A DNA stretch of 55,365 nucleotides from an uncultured delta proteobacterium (GTDB lineage: Bacteria > Myxococcota_A > Polyangia > DRWM01 > JAAZOP01), in contig CAMTWF010000046.1 in the NCBI GenBank assembly GCA_947085355.1, forward strand, positions 1-55,365, read 5' to 3'. Below are positions 27,362 through 36,182 of the stretch, one piece after another; position 1 is the stretch's first letter, and each line of letters opens with the position of its first letter. The translations under genes and the position numbers were made by a program. The notes beneath the pieces were generated by a model. It was not told the origin of the DNA, made no database searches, and worked only from the letters and a program-made list of their open reading frames with translations.

Positions 27362-29764
27362 TCAGCGCTGGATATACCCGAGCGCCTCGAGTTGCTGCTG
27401 CGTGCGTGCGTCGATCTCGACCTTCTCGAGGGCCGCCGGCGTGACGTTGGCTCGCGCAAGCGCGGCCTCGCGCCAGCGACGCTTGTCGGGAGCGCCGAAG
27501 AAGTGGCCGAGCACCGAGCGCATGTAGCGCAGCGTGATCGGCCTGGCGTCGTCCAGATCGCGCTCGGAACCCGGATCCTCCGCCAGGTCGAACAGGGCGC
27601 CCCTCGCCAGCCCGTTCATCTGCAACTTGTACCGGCCGCTCCAGACCGCCATCCGCTCGCCCTGGTGGGTCGAGAACCCGCCGTGGGGTCCCGGCTCCTC
27701 CCGTCCCAGCGCCCTCGGGAGCACCGAGCGCCCCTCGATGTGGTCGGGCGGATCAAGCCCCAGCGCGTCGAGGATCGTCGGCATGATCGCCGCGTGGTCG
27801 TGGTTGTCCGCGATCCGGACGCCGGCGGGGATCGTCCCCTTCCACGTCAGGATGAACGGCACGTGGACCAGTTCCTGGAAGATCGAGTGCCCGTGCCCGA
27901 CCGACCCGCGCTCCCAGAACTCCTCCCCGTGGTCCGACGTGACCATGATCATCGTCTCGTCGAGCAGCCCGATCTCGCCGAGCCGCGCGAGGAAGCGGCC
28001 GAGGTGGTGGTCGTGGTAGCCGATCTCGCCGGCGTACAGCGCCCGGATGTACTCCTTGTCCCGATCGCCGACCCGCAGCGCACCCCGCTTGATCTCGTCG
28101 AGCTGCAAGTGCGTCTTGCGGGCCACGACCGGGCCCGAATACGCGCCGTCGTGGTACGGGCGCAGAAACTCCGGCGGCGGCGCGTACGGCACGTGCGGAT
28201 CGATCGTGTGGACGTAGGCGAAGAACCGCTCCGACTTGTTCGCCTCGATCCATGCCGACGCGTCCCCCAGGACGTACTCGGCGTCCGTCTTCTTCCCCTC
28301 CCGGATGTAGTTGACGTAGTGGTCCCACCCGCGCTGGAACCCGAACCGGTCGGAGACGTACCCGTTGGCGACGAACGCCGCCGTACGCACGCCGCGCTCG
28401 CGGAGATCCTCGGTCATCATCCGGACCGACGCCCCAAGCCGTGCGTCCTCGGTCTGCGCGCGGTGCGTCCACGGGTACAGCCCGGTCAGCATCGTCGCGC
28501 ACGTCGGCTTGGTCCAGTCCTCCACGGCGCTGAAACGCTCGAAGAGCGCGCCGCCGTCCGCCAGCGCCTGCAGCGCCGGCGCCCGCACGCGAGTGCGCCC
28601 GTACGGCTGGGTGTGGTCCGCGCGCAGCGTGTCGATCATCACCAGGACGACGCCGCGGGCGCGCGTCCCGCCGATCCGCCCCAGCGCCGCCGGATCGGAC
28701 CTCTCGGGCGCCGCGAACACCGCCGGCGACGCCAGCACCAGCCCCGCCGCCCCGCCCGATGCATCGCCCGTGGCATCCAGGTCGAGCCGCACGACGCGCC
28801 CGGCGACGGACGAGAGATCGACGGCCACGGGACGCGGCGCGCCCGGCCCGGCGCCGACGTCCTCCTCCAGGAGCGTGACGGGCGATTCGCCGTCCGCCGT
28901 GACGCGGACCGTCAGACGCACGGCCCCGCCCGGCGCCGCGCGGGCGACCAGCATCCCGAGCACCGGCGACCGCTCGGGTACGTCGATCGGGTACGACAAC
29001 CCCGCGCCGCCGGGCAGCAGCAGGACGCGCGCGTCGGCGCCGGCGACGCGCATCGTCCCCTGCGCCGCCGCCTGGAGGAACGGCGGCGCGTCGGCCGACG
29101 CCGACGCCGGCGCAACGTGGATCCAATCGACCGCCGCGGCCGACGCCTCGCCGCCCGCGTCGCTCGTCCCCGACCACCGAAGCAGCAGCGAGTTCTCCCC
29201 GTGCCTCACCGAAGCCGCCGGGATCCGGATCGACCGCACGGCCCACCCGGCGCCGGAGAGATCCAACCGCCCGACCCGGCGATCGCCGACGTACACCGCG
29301 CACGAAGCGGCGCCCAGCGGCCGGACGCGAAGGCGAAGCACGACGTCCTGGGACTCGGCCCACGGGAAGAAGACGCGCGAGGCCGATCCGATCGCGTGCG
29401 CGAACCCGGCGCCGTCCGCCTCCCGCGCGCGGCCCCATCCCGTCAGCCAGCCGCCGAGCGTGTACTTGAAGGCATCGGTGGTCCCGAAATCGATCCAGAG
29501 GCCGTCGTGCCGGAGCACGGCGAAACCGAGCCGCTCGACCAGATCGAACCGCGGGAACTTGCCGGCCCATGGCAGCCCGGCCGGCGCCGGGCGCGCACCT
29601 GCGGCCTGCTCCGCCTCGCCGGGGACCGCCGGCCCGCCGCCCTGAAGCCCGCCGGGCACGCCGCCCTGGCCCTTGCCGGAACAGCCCCCGGCAAGCGCTC
29701 CCGGCAGCAGCGGTATCCCGGCCAGCAATCGCAGAACGCCCCGCCTGCCCTCGTCGACCCTCAT
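27362..29764 (-). CDS. Lipoprotein with an unknown ~390-aa N-terminal domain and a C-terminal sulfatase-like (alkaline-phosphatase superfamily) domain
   Basis: Lipobox LAGGCSG after MRVDEGRRGVLRLL. The sulfatase-fold metal site is VLVMIDTLRADH. The nucleophile region reads TKPTCATMLTGLYP (TxPxC) instead of C/SxPxR. The later block is VTSDHGEEF...GHGHS. Confidence 0.78.
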   Translation of the reverse strand: MRVDEGRRGVLRLLAGIPLLPGALAGGCSGKGQGGVPGGLQGGGPAVPGEAEQAAGARPAPAGLPWAGKFPRFDLVERLGFAVLRHDGLWIDFGTTDAFKYTLGGWLTGWGRAREADGAGFAHAIGSASRVFFPWAESQDVVLRLRVRPLGAASCAVYVGDRRVGRLDLSGAGWAVRSIRIPAASVRHGENSLLLRWSGTSDAGGEASAAAVDWIHVAPASASADAPPFLQAAAQGTMRVAGADARVLLLPGGAGLSYPIDVPERSPVLGMLVARAAPGGAVRLTVRVTADGESPVTLLEEDVGAGPGAPRPVAVDLSSVAGRVVRLDLDATGDASGGAAGLVLASPAVFAAPERSDPAALGRIGGTRARGVVLVMIDTLRADHTQPYGRTRVRAPALQALADGGALFERFSAVEDWTKPTCATMLTGLYPWTHRAQTEDARLGASVRMMTEDLRERGVRTAAFVANGYVSDRFGFQRGWDHYVNYIREGKKTDAEYVLGDASAWIEANKSERFFAYVHTIDPHVPYAPPPEFLRPYHDGAYSGPVVARKTHLQLDEIKRGALRVGDRDKEYIRALYAGEIGYHDHHLGRFLARLGEIGLLDETMIMVTSDHGEEFWERGSVGHGHSIFQELVHVPFILTWKGTIPAGVRIADNHDHAAIMPTILDALGLDPPDHIEGRSVLPRALGREEPGPHGGFSTHQGERMAVWSGRYKLQMNGLARGALFDLAEDPGSERDLDDARPITLRYMRSVLGHFFGAPDKRRWREAALARANVTPAALEKVEIDARTQQQLEALGYIQR

Positions 29765-29892
29765 CACCACGACCCTCCGCGCCGCGCCCGGACACGCACT
29801 GACGCGTCCGGCCTCCGAGTTTGCCGATGGTCCGCACCAAGTCAAGAAACGTGCGGGAAACGAGGTTCACCGCAACGACGCAACGCGCTTTG

Positions 29893-29921
29893 TTGACACC
29901 CGTGGTCCACGGCCGTATAAG
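29893..29921 (+). promoter_or_regulatory. Sigma-70-type promoter candidate for tRNA-Arg(CCG)
   Basis: TTGACA (29893-29898), a 17-nt spacer, then TATAAG (29916-29921), about 45 nt upstream of the tRNA. Confidence 0.5.
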
Positions 29922-29967
29922 GAACGCCTCCCGCGCGCGGGAAGGCGCGGATCGCGCGCGGCTTGGC

Positions 29968-30041
29968 GGGCGATTAGCTCAGTTGGATAGAGCGTTGGTC
30001 TCCGGAACCAAAGGTCGCGCGTTCGAGTCGCGCATCGCCCA
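29968..30041 (+). tRNA. tRNA-Arg (anticodon CCG)
   Basis: Cloverleaf read by hand: acceptor GGGCGAT/ATCGCCC, anticodon stem TTGGT/ACCAA, loop CTCCGGA, T-loop TTCGAGT. No encoded CCA. Confidence 0.9.
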
Positions 30042-30072
30042 CATGGGAGACGCACCCCAGCGGGGGGACGCC

Positions 30073-30414
30073 ATGTATCCGGTTTGGGAACGTCGCGGCG
30101 CTCGCAGGTTGCCTGTGCAGGTCTGGGTGCAGGAGACCACCGGCGACGCCGTGTACTACCACCGGACCGCCGACTTGAGCAGCGGGGGGTTGCACCTGGA
30201 AGGCACGATGCCGCACGAGCCCGGGACGCGCGTGCGGCTGCGGTTCCTGCTGCCGGGGGACGAGGAGCCCGTCGAGGTCGCCGGGGAGATCGTTCCGCCC
30301 GCCGCGGGCCGGGAACTGGGCATGGGGGTGCGCTTCGTCGATCCCCCGGAGCCGGTCACCAGGCGCATCGATGCGTTCGTCCGGGAGGCGATCGGCGTCC
30401 CGCTGGAGAGGTGA
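30073..30414 (+). CDS. PilZ-domain (c-di-GMP binding) protein
   Basis: RxxxR motif (ERRGARRLPV) and D/NxSxxG motif (DLSSGGLHL) at the typical spacing. 113 aa from the ATG at 30073; the longer track ORF would overlap the tRNA. Confidence 0.75.
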   Translation: MYPVWERRGARRLPVQVWVQETTGDAVYYHRTADLSSGGLHLEGTMPHEPGTRVRLRFLLPGDEEPVEVAGEIVPPAAGRELGMGVRFVDPPEPVTRRIDAFVREAIGVPLER

Positions 30415-30420
30415 AGGACG

Positions 30421-31557
30421 ATGTCGACATCCGTCCGTCCGCAGGCCGGGCTTGCCGCCGTGCTGGCGGCGATGTTCGTTCCGACCGTCGCCGCGGGGCA
30501 GCAGTACGGCCAGGAGGCGATCCGCTCCTTCCAGGCAGGCGTGGAAGCCTACGACCGGGGCGATCTCGATGCGGCGATCCGCTTCTTCAGGGAGTCGTAC
30601 GAGGTCCACCGCGGCCACCCCATCGCGCTGTACAACATCGGCGAGTGCTACGAGCGGCTTGGCGACGTCGAGCTGGCGGTCGAGCACTTCGAGCGGTACG
30701 TGGCGTCGGAGCAGGTCGAGGAACGGGACCAGGTGTACGAGCGGATCCGCAACCTCCGGAGCCGTCGCGCCGTCTTCACGCTGCGATCGACGCCGCCCGG
30801 CGCCACGGTCACGGTGTGGGACGAGGCCGGGAACCGGTTGAGCGAGTTCCCCGACATCCTGACGCCGGGCGAGGTGCATCTCCCGCCGGGCACGTTCGTG
30901 CTGCGCTTCGACATGGCCGGCATGGGGGCGCGCTCGCAAGTGGTGGAGGGCGGCGTCGGCCGCCGCGTGACGCTCGATGTCGCCATGAGCGAGCCGGTCG
31001 CGCCGCCGGATGTCACGGCGCCGGGCGAGTGGTCGGTCGGCCCCCTGCACTTCGGGGCCTACGGCGGCCTCGCGGCGCACCTGAACGGCGCGGCCGAGGT
31101 ATTCGCGGCATCCGGCTTCGGCGTCTTCGGCGGCTACGTCCTGGGCGAGGGCGAGTGGCGTTTCCAGATCGGCGGCGACCTGTCGTTCCTCCCGTACGGC
31201 ATCGACGCCGGGGATCGGCATTTCAGCTCCTTCGTGTCCATCTCCGCCGTCCCCGGCGTCCGCTGGGCGCTGGGCGACTCGCTGCACCTGACGGGGTCGC
31301 TGGCCGCCGGCCTGTCGCTGTACGTCCCGCCCGGCAACCGCGAGGTCGTGGTCCCGTGGGTCGGTCACAAGGTGGACGGCATCATGTCGCTGCTCCACTT
31401 CCGTCCCGCCGTCGCCGTCGAGTGGTTCCCGCTGGACTGGCTCGCGATCTGGGTCTCCCCGCTCGCCCTGGACCTCGACGTCGCGCTCCGATCGCAGGTC
31501 GCGACGCAGATCCTCGTCCGCTACGCCGCCTTCGCCGGCGTCACGTTCCACTTGTAG
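30421..31557 (+). CDS. Secreted TPR + PEGA-like domain protein with a Gly/aromatic-rich C-terminal (possibly beta-barrel) region
   Basis: Signal peptide ending VAAGQQ. TPR-like helix pair (AIRFFRESYE...ALYNIGECYERLGDVELAVEHFERYV). PEGA-like strand FTLRSTPPGATVTVWDE. The C-terminus is FAGVTFHL. Confidence 0.55.
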   Translation: MSTSVRPQAGLAAVLAAMFVPTVAAGQQYGQEAIRSFQAGVEAYDRGDLDAAIRFFRESYEVHRGHPIALYNIGECYERLGDVELAVEHFERYVASEQVEERDQVYERIRNLRSRRAVFTLRSTPPGATVTVWDEAGNRLSEFPDILTPGEVHLPPGTFVLRFDMAGMGARSQVVEGGVGRRVTLDVAMSEPVAPPDVTAPGEWSVGPLHFGAYGGLAAHLNGAAEVFAASGFGVFGGYVLGEGEWRFQIGGDLSFLPYGIDAGDRHFSSFVSISAVPGVRWALGDSLHLTGSLAAGLSLYVPPGNREVVVPWVGHKVDGIMSLLHFRPAVAVEWFPLDWLAIWVSPLALDLDVALRSQVATQILVRYAAFAGVTFHL

Positions 31558-31606
31558 GAGGGAGTTTGGAGTTTGGAGCAGCTTGAAACCCGAAACCCGA
31601 AACCCC
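31558..31606. repeat. Heptamer-built imperfect hairpin: (GGAGTTT)x2.5, CAGC, then T(TGAAACC)(CGAAACC)x2
   Basis: It uses the same GGAGTTT / GAAAC unit as the element at 17218-17271. It fills the 51-nt gap between convergent genes (stops at 31557 and 31609). Confidence 0.75.
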
Positions 31607-31608
31607 TA

Positions 31609-33387
31609 CTACCCCCCGTCGCGCCCGATGCCGACCTTGGTGAACTGGAAGCCGCCCGCATCCTGGCCCGGCCTGCCGGAGGTCCCCGTCCCGGCGTCCT
31701 GCGACGCGCGCGTACCCGCGTCCCGCGACCGGCCGGCGCCTGCATCCCGCGACCGGCCGGCGCCCGCATCGGCCGCCGGAGCGGACCCGACATCCGGTTC
31801 CACCGTCGCCACGGCGTCCGGCGGCGAAAACACGGGCGGAACGATCTCGGGCGGCCGCGCCGCTGCATCAGGATCGATCTTGGCCGCCGCGCCGGCGTCC
31901 ATCTCGACGGCAACCACCGAAGTCATCCCCCCCGCGTCTGAACGATCGTCGATCGACGGCTCCACCTTGGCGCCGGCGTCGGCCGCAGCCGCCGCGGCAG
32001 GACCGGCCGACGCCGGTTCGGGCGGAGCGGGAGCGACCTCTTGCGTCGCCGCCGGGGGCGCGGCCGAGCGTCCCGCCGGCGCGTCGTCCCCTCCGCGCAG
32101 GGCGAACGCCAGAACGGCCGCAACGACGGCGGCCGCGGCCCCGCCGACTGCGACCCAGCGCGCGGCGCCGCGGCGCGGCGCCGCGGGGACCAGTTCGAGG
32201 ATCTCCTCCTCGTCGGCGGCCGACTCGGGCGTCGCCGGCGAAGGGGTCCGCTCGCGGGTCGGCAGCGCCGCCGTGCGACCGCCGCCGCCGGCGGCCGTGG
32301 TCGTCAGGTGGAACCTGCCCGCCGTCTCGCTCGTCCAGCCGTGCTTGAGCGCGAACCCCTGGAGCGCCGAGACGACGGCCTCCATGTCGGCGGGACGCGC
32401 CGCCCGATCCTTCGCCAGCATCGAGTCGACGAAGTCCGACAACTCCGGCGGGCAACCGTCGACCAGATCGACGAGCTTCCGCGGATCCTGGATCAGGTTG
32501 AGATGGATGTACTCGAGTTCCGACTGCTCGTGGAGGATCGGCGGCTCGCCGGCCAGCGCCTCGAAAAGGATCACGCCCAGCGCGAAGATGTCGACCCCGT
32601 TGTCGAGCTTCTGCTGCTTGATCTGTTCGGGCGGCATGTACCGCGGCGTCCCGATGAACGAGTTGGTCGCCGTGCCCCGCGCAGTCGCCACCCGTGCGAT
32701 GCCGAAGTCGAGGATCTTGACGATGCCCGTGCCTCGCTGGATCCGAAGGTTCTCCGGCTTGAGGTCGCGGTGGATGATCTGCTTCCGGTGGGCCTCGGCC
32801 ATCCCTTCGGCCACCTGGCTCGCGATCTTCAACGCCGCGCTCGGCGCCAGCCGCTTCTCGCGCTCCAGGATCTCGTCCATGCCCTCCCCCTCGATGAACT
32901 CCTGGACCATGAACGGCGTGCCGTCGTCGTCGTACCCGAGGTCGAACACTCGCACTATGTGCGGGTTGATAAGCTCCCGCGCCGTCTTGACCTCGGTGAA
33001 AAACCGCTTCGTGATGCTCGGATCGGCGGCATGCTCGGGGTGCAGGAACTTGAGGATCACCCGCCCCATCTCGACCCCGCCGTGGACTTGCATCGCGAGG
33101 AACACCGTCCCGAAACCGCCGGACGCAAGGCGCGAGTCGACACGGTACTTGCCCTGGAACACCCGGCCGACCTGCTGGTCCACCGGCCACCCGGCGTGAG
33201 GCCGCACCAGGGTGCACCCCAGACACGCGGCGGCTTCCGCCGCAATCGCCGAACGACACCCGGGACAGAAGATCGCGCCCAAACGCCGACACCTCTCGAC
33301 GTCCGTGCCGGCACCGGCACGGAACGACCGCGCGTCAGTCGCGCCAGTATAGAGCATCGTGGCGGGGCATGCCAACAATGCACGCAT
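31609..33387 (-). CDS. Hanks-type Ser/Thr protein kinase with an N-terminal zinc-ribbon, a TM segment and an Ala/Pro-rich extracytoplasmic tail
   Basis: GGFGTVFLAM, HRDLKPENL, DFGIAR, GTPRYMPPEQ. The N-terminus carries FCPGC...CLGC. Alternative start ATG at 33357. Confidence 0.9.
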   Translation of the reverse strand: MRALLACPATMLYTGATDARSFRAGAGTDVERCRRLGAIFCPGCRSAIAAEAAACLGCTLVRPHAGWPVDQQVGRVFQGKYRVDSRLASGGFGTVFLAMQVHGGVEMGRVILKFLHPEHAADPSITKRFFTEVKTARELINPHIVRVFDLGYDDDGTPFMVQEFIEGEGMDEILEREKRLAPSAALKIASQVAEGMAEAHRKQIIHRDLKPENLRIQRGTGIVKILDFGIARVATARGTATNSFIGTPRYMPPEQIKQQKLDNGVDIFALGVILFEALAGEPPILHEQSELEYIHLNLIQDPRKLVDLVDGCPPELSDFVDSMLAKDRAARPADMEAVVSALQGFALKHGWTSETAGRFHLTTTAAGGGGRTAALPTRERTPSPATPESAADEEEILELVPAAPRRGAARWVAVGGAAAAVVAAVLAFALRGGDDAPAGRSAAPPAATQEVAPAPPEPASAGPAAAAAADAGAKVEPSIDDRSDAGGMTSVVAVEMDAGAAAKIDPDAAARPPEIVPPVFSPPDAVATVEPDVGSAPAADAGAGRSRDAGAGRSRDAGTRASQDAGTGTSGRPGQDAGGFQFTKVGIGRDGG

Positions 33388-33473
33388 TCCCGACCAGCGT
33401 CGTCGGCCGGGCGCGTGGCGCCGGATCCGTGGTATCGTCGCCGTCGTCCGCCACGCGGGCGGAGGTGCCGGGA

Positions 33474-34406
33474 ATGGCCGTCGAGAACATCGTCATCATC
33501 GGCTCGGGACCGGCGGGTCTCACGGCCGCCATCTACGCGGCGCGCGCCGGCCTGAAGCCTCTCGTGATCGAGGGCGTCCGGACCGGCGGCCAGCTCATGA
33601 CGACCACCGACGTCGAGAACTTCCCCGGGTTTCCCGAGGGGATCCTCGGGCCGGATCTGGTCGCGCGGATGCGGCGGCAGGCCGAGCGGTTCGGCGCGCG
33701 CTTCGCCGAACAGGACGTCACGGGCGCCGACGTGCGACGCAGGCCGTTCGTCATCGAGATCGGCCCGGAACGCCACGAGGCCGCCGCGCTCATCGTCGCC
33801 ACCGGGGCCACGGCCAGGAGACTCGGGCTCGCGTCCGAGGAGTCTCTGTTCGGCCGGGGGGTGTCGGCCTGCGCGACGTGCGACGGGTTCTTCTTCAGGG
33901 GCAAGGATGTCCTGGTCGTCGGCGGCGGCGATTCGGCACTCGAGGAGGCGCTCTTCCTGGCGCGCATCTGCAAGTCGGTCCGGCTGATTCACCGCAGGGA
34001 ATCCCTGCGCGGCTCCCGAGCGATGCAGGAGCGGGTCAACGCGGCATCCAACATCTCGTTCGTCTGGAACGCCGTGGTGGAGGAATGCCTCGACCCGGCG
34101 CTCGGCAGGTTCGTCGGCGCCCGGATCCGCGACCCGAGGACCGGCGAGAGGTCCATGCTGGAGGCCGACGGACTGTTCGTGGCGATCGGCCACGAGCCTG
34201 CGACGGCGCTCTTCCGAGGACAGATCGACTTGGATCCGGCCGGGTATGTCGTCACGGTCGGGGGAACGACCAGGACGAGCGTCCCCGGCGTCTTCGCGGC
34301 CGGCGACGTGCAGGATCCGCGCTACCGGCAGGCGGTGACGGCCGCAGGCTCCGGTTGCGCAGCGGCCCTCGAAGCGGAACGCTTCCTGGCGGAGGACAAG
34401 TCGTGA
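33474..34406 (+). CDS. trxB: Thioredoxin-disulfide reductase
   Basis: IIGSGPAG, the redox CATCDG motif and GGGDSALEEA. GGAGG lies 8 nt upstream of the ATG at 33474; the track ORF begins at 33369. Confidence 0.92.
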   Translation: MAVENIVIIGSGPAGLTAAIYAARAGLKPLVIEGVRTGGQLMTTTDVENFPGFPEGILGPDLVARMRRQAERFGARFAEQDVTGADVRRRPFVIEIGPERHEAAALIVATGATARRLGLASEESLFGRGVSACATCDGFFFRGKDVLVVGGGDSALEEALFLARICKSVRLIHRRESLRGSRAMQERVNAASNISFVWNAVVEECLDPALGRFVGARIRDPRTGERSMLEADGLFVAIGHEPATALFRGQIDLDPAGYVVTVGGTTRTSVPGVFAAGDVQDPRYRQAVTAAGSGCAAALEAERFLAEDKS

Positions 34407-34879
34407 CGGACAGCGCATCGGTTGTCGAACAGCTCCGGAAGGTCGGCCTGTTCCGCGACCTGGGCGATTCCCAGGTGGCGAAGATCGGGGAGATCGCCAG
34501 AATCGAGAGATTCCGGCGGGGGGAGGTCGTTTTCAAGGAGGGGGACCCGAGCGACCGGCTCTTCCTCGTCCTGCAGGGGAAGGTCCGGATCGGGCGGGTG
34601 ATCGAGGGGATCGGAGAGGAAGCCCTGGCGATCCTGGAGCCGGGCGACTGTTTCGGCGAACTGTCGATCGTCGACGACGGACCCAGGTCCGCGGACGCGC
34701 TGGCGCACGAGGAGTGCGCGCTGTTGGCCATCAACCGCACGGAGTTGGAAGACGTCATGTTCATGGACAAGGGGCTGGGCTACGAGCTCCTGTGGAACAT
34801 CGCCAGGACCCTCGCCGCCAGACTCCGCCAGACCAACGACAAGATCACGTTCCTGTCGGTCTCGGCCAGGTTCGGCTAG
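34403..34879 (+). CDS. Stand-alone cyclic-nucleotide-binding domain protein
   Basis: GTG overlaps the trxB stop (GTGA). Canonical cNMP-binding blocks are LFRDL, GDCFGELSIVDDGPRSADALA and RLRQTN. Confidence 0.8.
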   Translation: MTDSASVVEQLRKVGLFRDLGDSQVAKIGEIARIERFRRGEVVFKEGDPSDRLFLVLQGKVRIGRVIEGIGEEALAILEPGDCFGELSIVDDGPRSADALAHEECALLAINRTELEDVMFMDKGLGYELLWNIARTLAARLRQTNDKITFLSVSARFG

Positions 34880-34913
34880 GAGCCGTGGCGGCCACCCCCG
34901 GACCTCGCCGTCC

Positions 34914-34943
34914 TTGACAAGCCGGGACCCTTCCGGGTACCAA
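34914..34943 (+). promoter_or_regulatory. Possible sigma-70-type promoter for the tRNA cluster
   Basis: TTGACA (34914-34919), a 17-18-nt spacer, then GTACCAA. The -10 element is weak. Confidence 0.3.
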
Positions 34944-35038
34944 TCCCGCCGTGACGGCGGCGACGGGGCGAGGCGTTGGGAGCCGCCGGAGCCGCCCGGG
35001 GGTTCGGGAAGCCGTGGAACGGGCGGCCTCGGACCCGG

Positions 35039-35121
35039 GGAGGAGTGGCCGAGCGGTCTAAGGCGGCGGTCTTGAAAACCGCTGTGCGAAAGCACCGGGG
35101 GTTCGAATCCCTCCTCCTCCG
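35039..35121 (+). tRNA. tRNA-Ser (anticodon UGA)
   Basis: Acceptor GGAGGAG/CTCCTCC, anticodon stem GCGGT/ACCGC, loop CTTGAAA, long variable arm, T-loop TTCGAAT. Confidence 0.9.
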
Positions 35122-35140
35122 CTGGACCCCCGGCCGAACC

Positions 35141-35227
35141 GGAGAGATGGCCGAGTGGTCGAAGGCACCCGCTTGCTAAGCGGGGATGGGGTAACAGCCA
35201 TCGGGGGTTCGAATCCCCCTCTCTCCG
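35141..35227 (+). tRNA. tRNA-Ser (anticodon GCU)
   Basis: Acceptor GGAGAGA/TCTCTCC, anticodon stem CCCGC/GCGGG, loop TTGCTAA, long variable arm. Confidence 0.9.
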
Positions 35228-35277
35228 CCGTGGCGGGAGGCATTGGAGGCGACGACGGCCGCGAAGCGCGATGCATG

Positions 35278-35351
35278 GGGCCCATAGCTCAATCGGATAG
35301 AGCGTCGGTCTACGGAACCGCAGGTTGGGGGTTCGAATCCCTCTGGGCCCG
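35278..35351 (+). tRNA. tRNA-Arg (anticodon ACG; A34 is the TadA substrate)
   Basis: Acceptor GGGCCCA/TGGGCCC, anticodon loop CTACGGA, T-loop TTCGAAT. Confidence 0.9.
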
Positions 35352-35381
35352 CCGGTGGCAATCAACGACGAGGGGGGAGCC

Positions 35382-35897
35382 GTGACCGCGGGCCGGGACG
35401 GAGCCGGGGGCCCGCGTGCCGCCCGAGACGCCGATGACGAGCGGTACATGCGCCGAGCGCTGGAACTGGCGCGCGAAGCCGCCGCCGCCGGCGATGTCCC
35501 CGTCGGCGCCGTCGCGGTGCTCGACGGCGGAATCGTCGGCGAGGGCCGCAACGAACGCGAGGCCACCGGGGATCCGACGGCGCATGCCGAGATCGTGGCG
35601 CTCCGCCGCGCGGCCGCCGCCGCGGGCCGCTGGCGTCTCGACCGCGTGACGCTCTACGTGACGCTCGAGCCCTGCGCCATGTGCGCCGGCGCCGTCGTGT
35701 GCGCCAGGGTGCCGCGCGTGGTCTACGGCGCCGACGATCCCAAGGCGGGCGCGTTCGTGAGCCGCTACTCGGTGGGCGTCGACGGGCGGTGGAACCATGT
35801 GCCCGAGGTGCGTGGCGGCGTTCTGGGGGCCGAATGCGGCGCGATCCTGACGGCGTTCTTCTCGTTGCGCCGCGGCCGCGGCTGCGGCCCGGATTGA
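35382..35897 (+). CDS. tadA: tRNA-specific adenosine deaminase TadA
   Basis: CDA-fold zinc motifs HAEIVAL and PCAMCAGAV, with N-terminal YMRRALELAREA. GTG at 35382 follows GAGGGGGGAG. The longer track ORF would overlap the tRNA-Arg gene. Confidence 0.9.
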   Translation: MTAGRDGAGGPRAARDADDERYMRRALELAREAAAAGDVPVGAVAVLDGGIVGEGRNEREATGDPTAHAEIVALRRAAAAAGRWRLDRVTLYVTLEPCAMCAGAVVCARVPRVVYGADDPKAGAFVSRYSVGVDGRWNHVPEVRGGVLGAECGAILTAFFSLRRGRGCGPD

Positions 35898-35922
35898 CAA
35901 CCCACCGACGCGCGAATAGCGT
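35894..35922 (+). promoter_or_regulatory. Possible sigma-70-type promoter for tRNA-Ser(CGA)/(GGA)
   Basis: TTGACA (35894-35899, overlapping the tadA stop), a 17-nt spacer, then TAGCGT (35917-35922), 8 nt before the tRNA. Confidence 0.3.
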
Positions 35923-35930
35923 CCGCCGCC

Positions 35931-36018
35931 GGAGAGATGGCCGAGTGGTCGAAGGCGCCAGACTCGAAATCTGGTGTGCGGCTCGTCTGCACCGCGGGTT
36001 CGAATCCCGCTCTCTCCG
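35931..36018 (+). tRNA. tRNA-Ser (anticodon CGA)
   Basis: Acceptor GGAGAGA/TCTCTCC, anticodon stem CCAGA/TCTGG, loop CTCGAAA, long variable arm. Confidence 0.9.
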
Positions 36019-36040
36019 CCGGCGCCCTCCGGGCGCGTCC

Positions 36041-36125
36041 GGAGAGATGCCCGAGTGGTCGAAGGGGCACGCCTGGAGAGCGTGTGTGGCGCAAGTCACC
36101 GTGGGTTCGAATCCCACTCTCTCCG
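36041..36125 (+). tRNA. tRNA-Ser (anticodon GGA)
   Basis: Acceptor GGAGAGA/TCTCTCC, anticodon stem CACGC/GCGTG, loop CTGGAGA, long variable arm. Confidence 0.9.
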
Positions 36126-36182
36126 CCAGAGGGCCGCGCATGTTGCCTCCGCCGCGTCCGGCGTGGTAGTGCTCGGCCCTGT

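Noticed and set aside
29821-30072. N-terminal extensions of the pilZ ORF (from 29821) and of the tadA ORF (35325..35381).
   Set aside because: Both extensions run through tRNA genes (tRNA-Arg CCG and tRNA-Arg ACG). Internal starts with RBS-like sequences give proteins of normal length.
29765-36130. A tRNA-associated genomic island or integrative element around the six tRNA genes.
   Set aside because: There is no integrase, excisionase or transposase, and no direct repeat of a tRNA 3' end that I could find. The flanking genes are housekeeping (trxB, tadA, pilZ).
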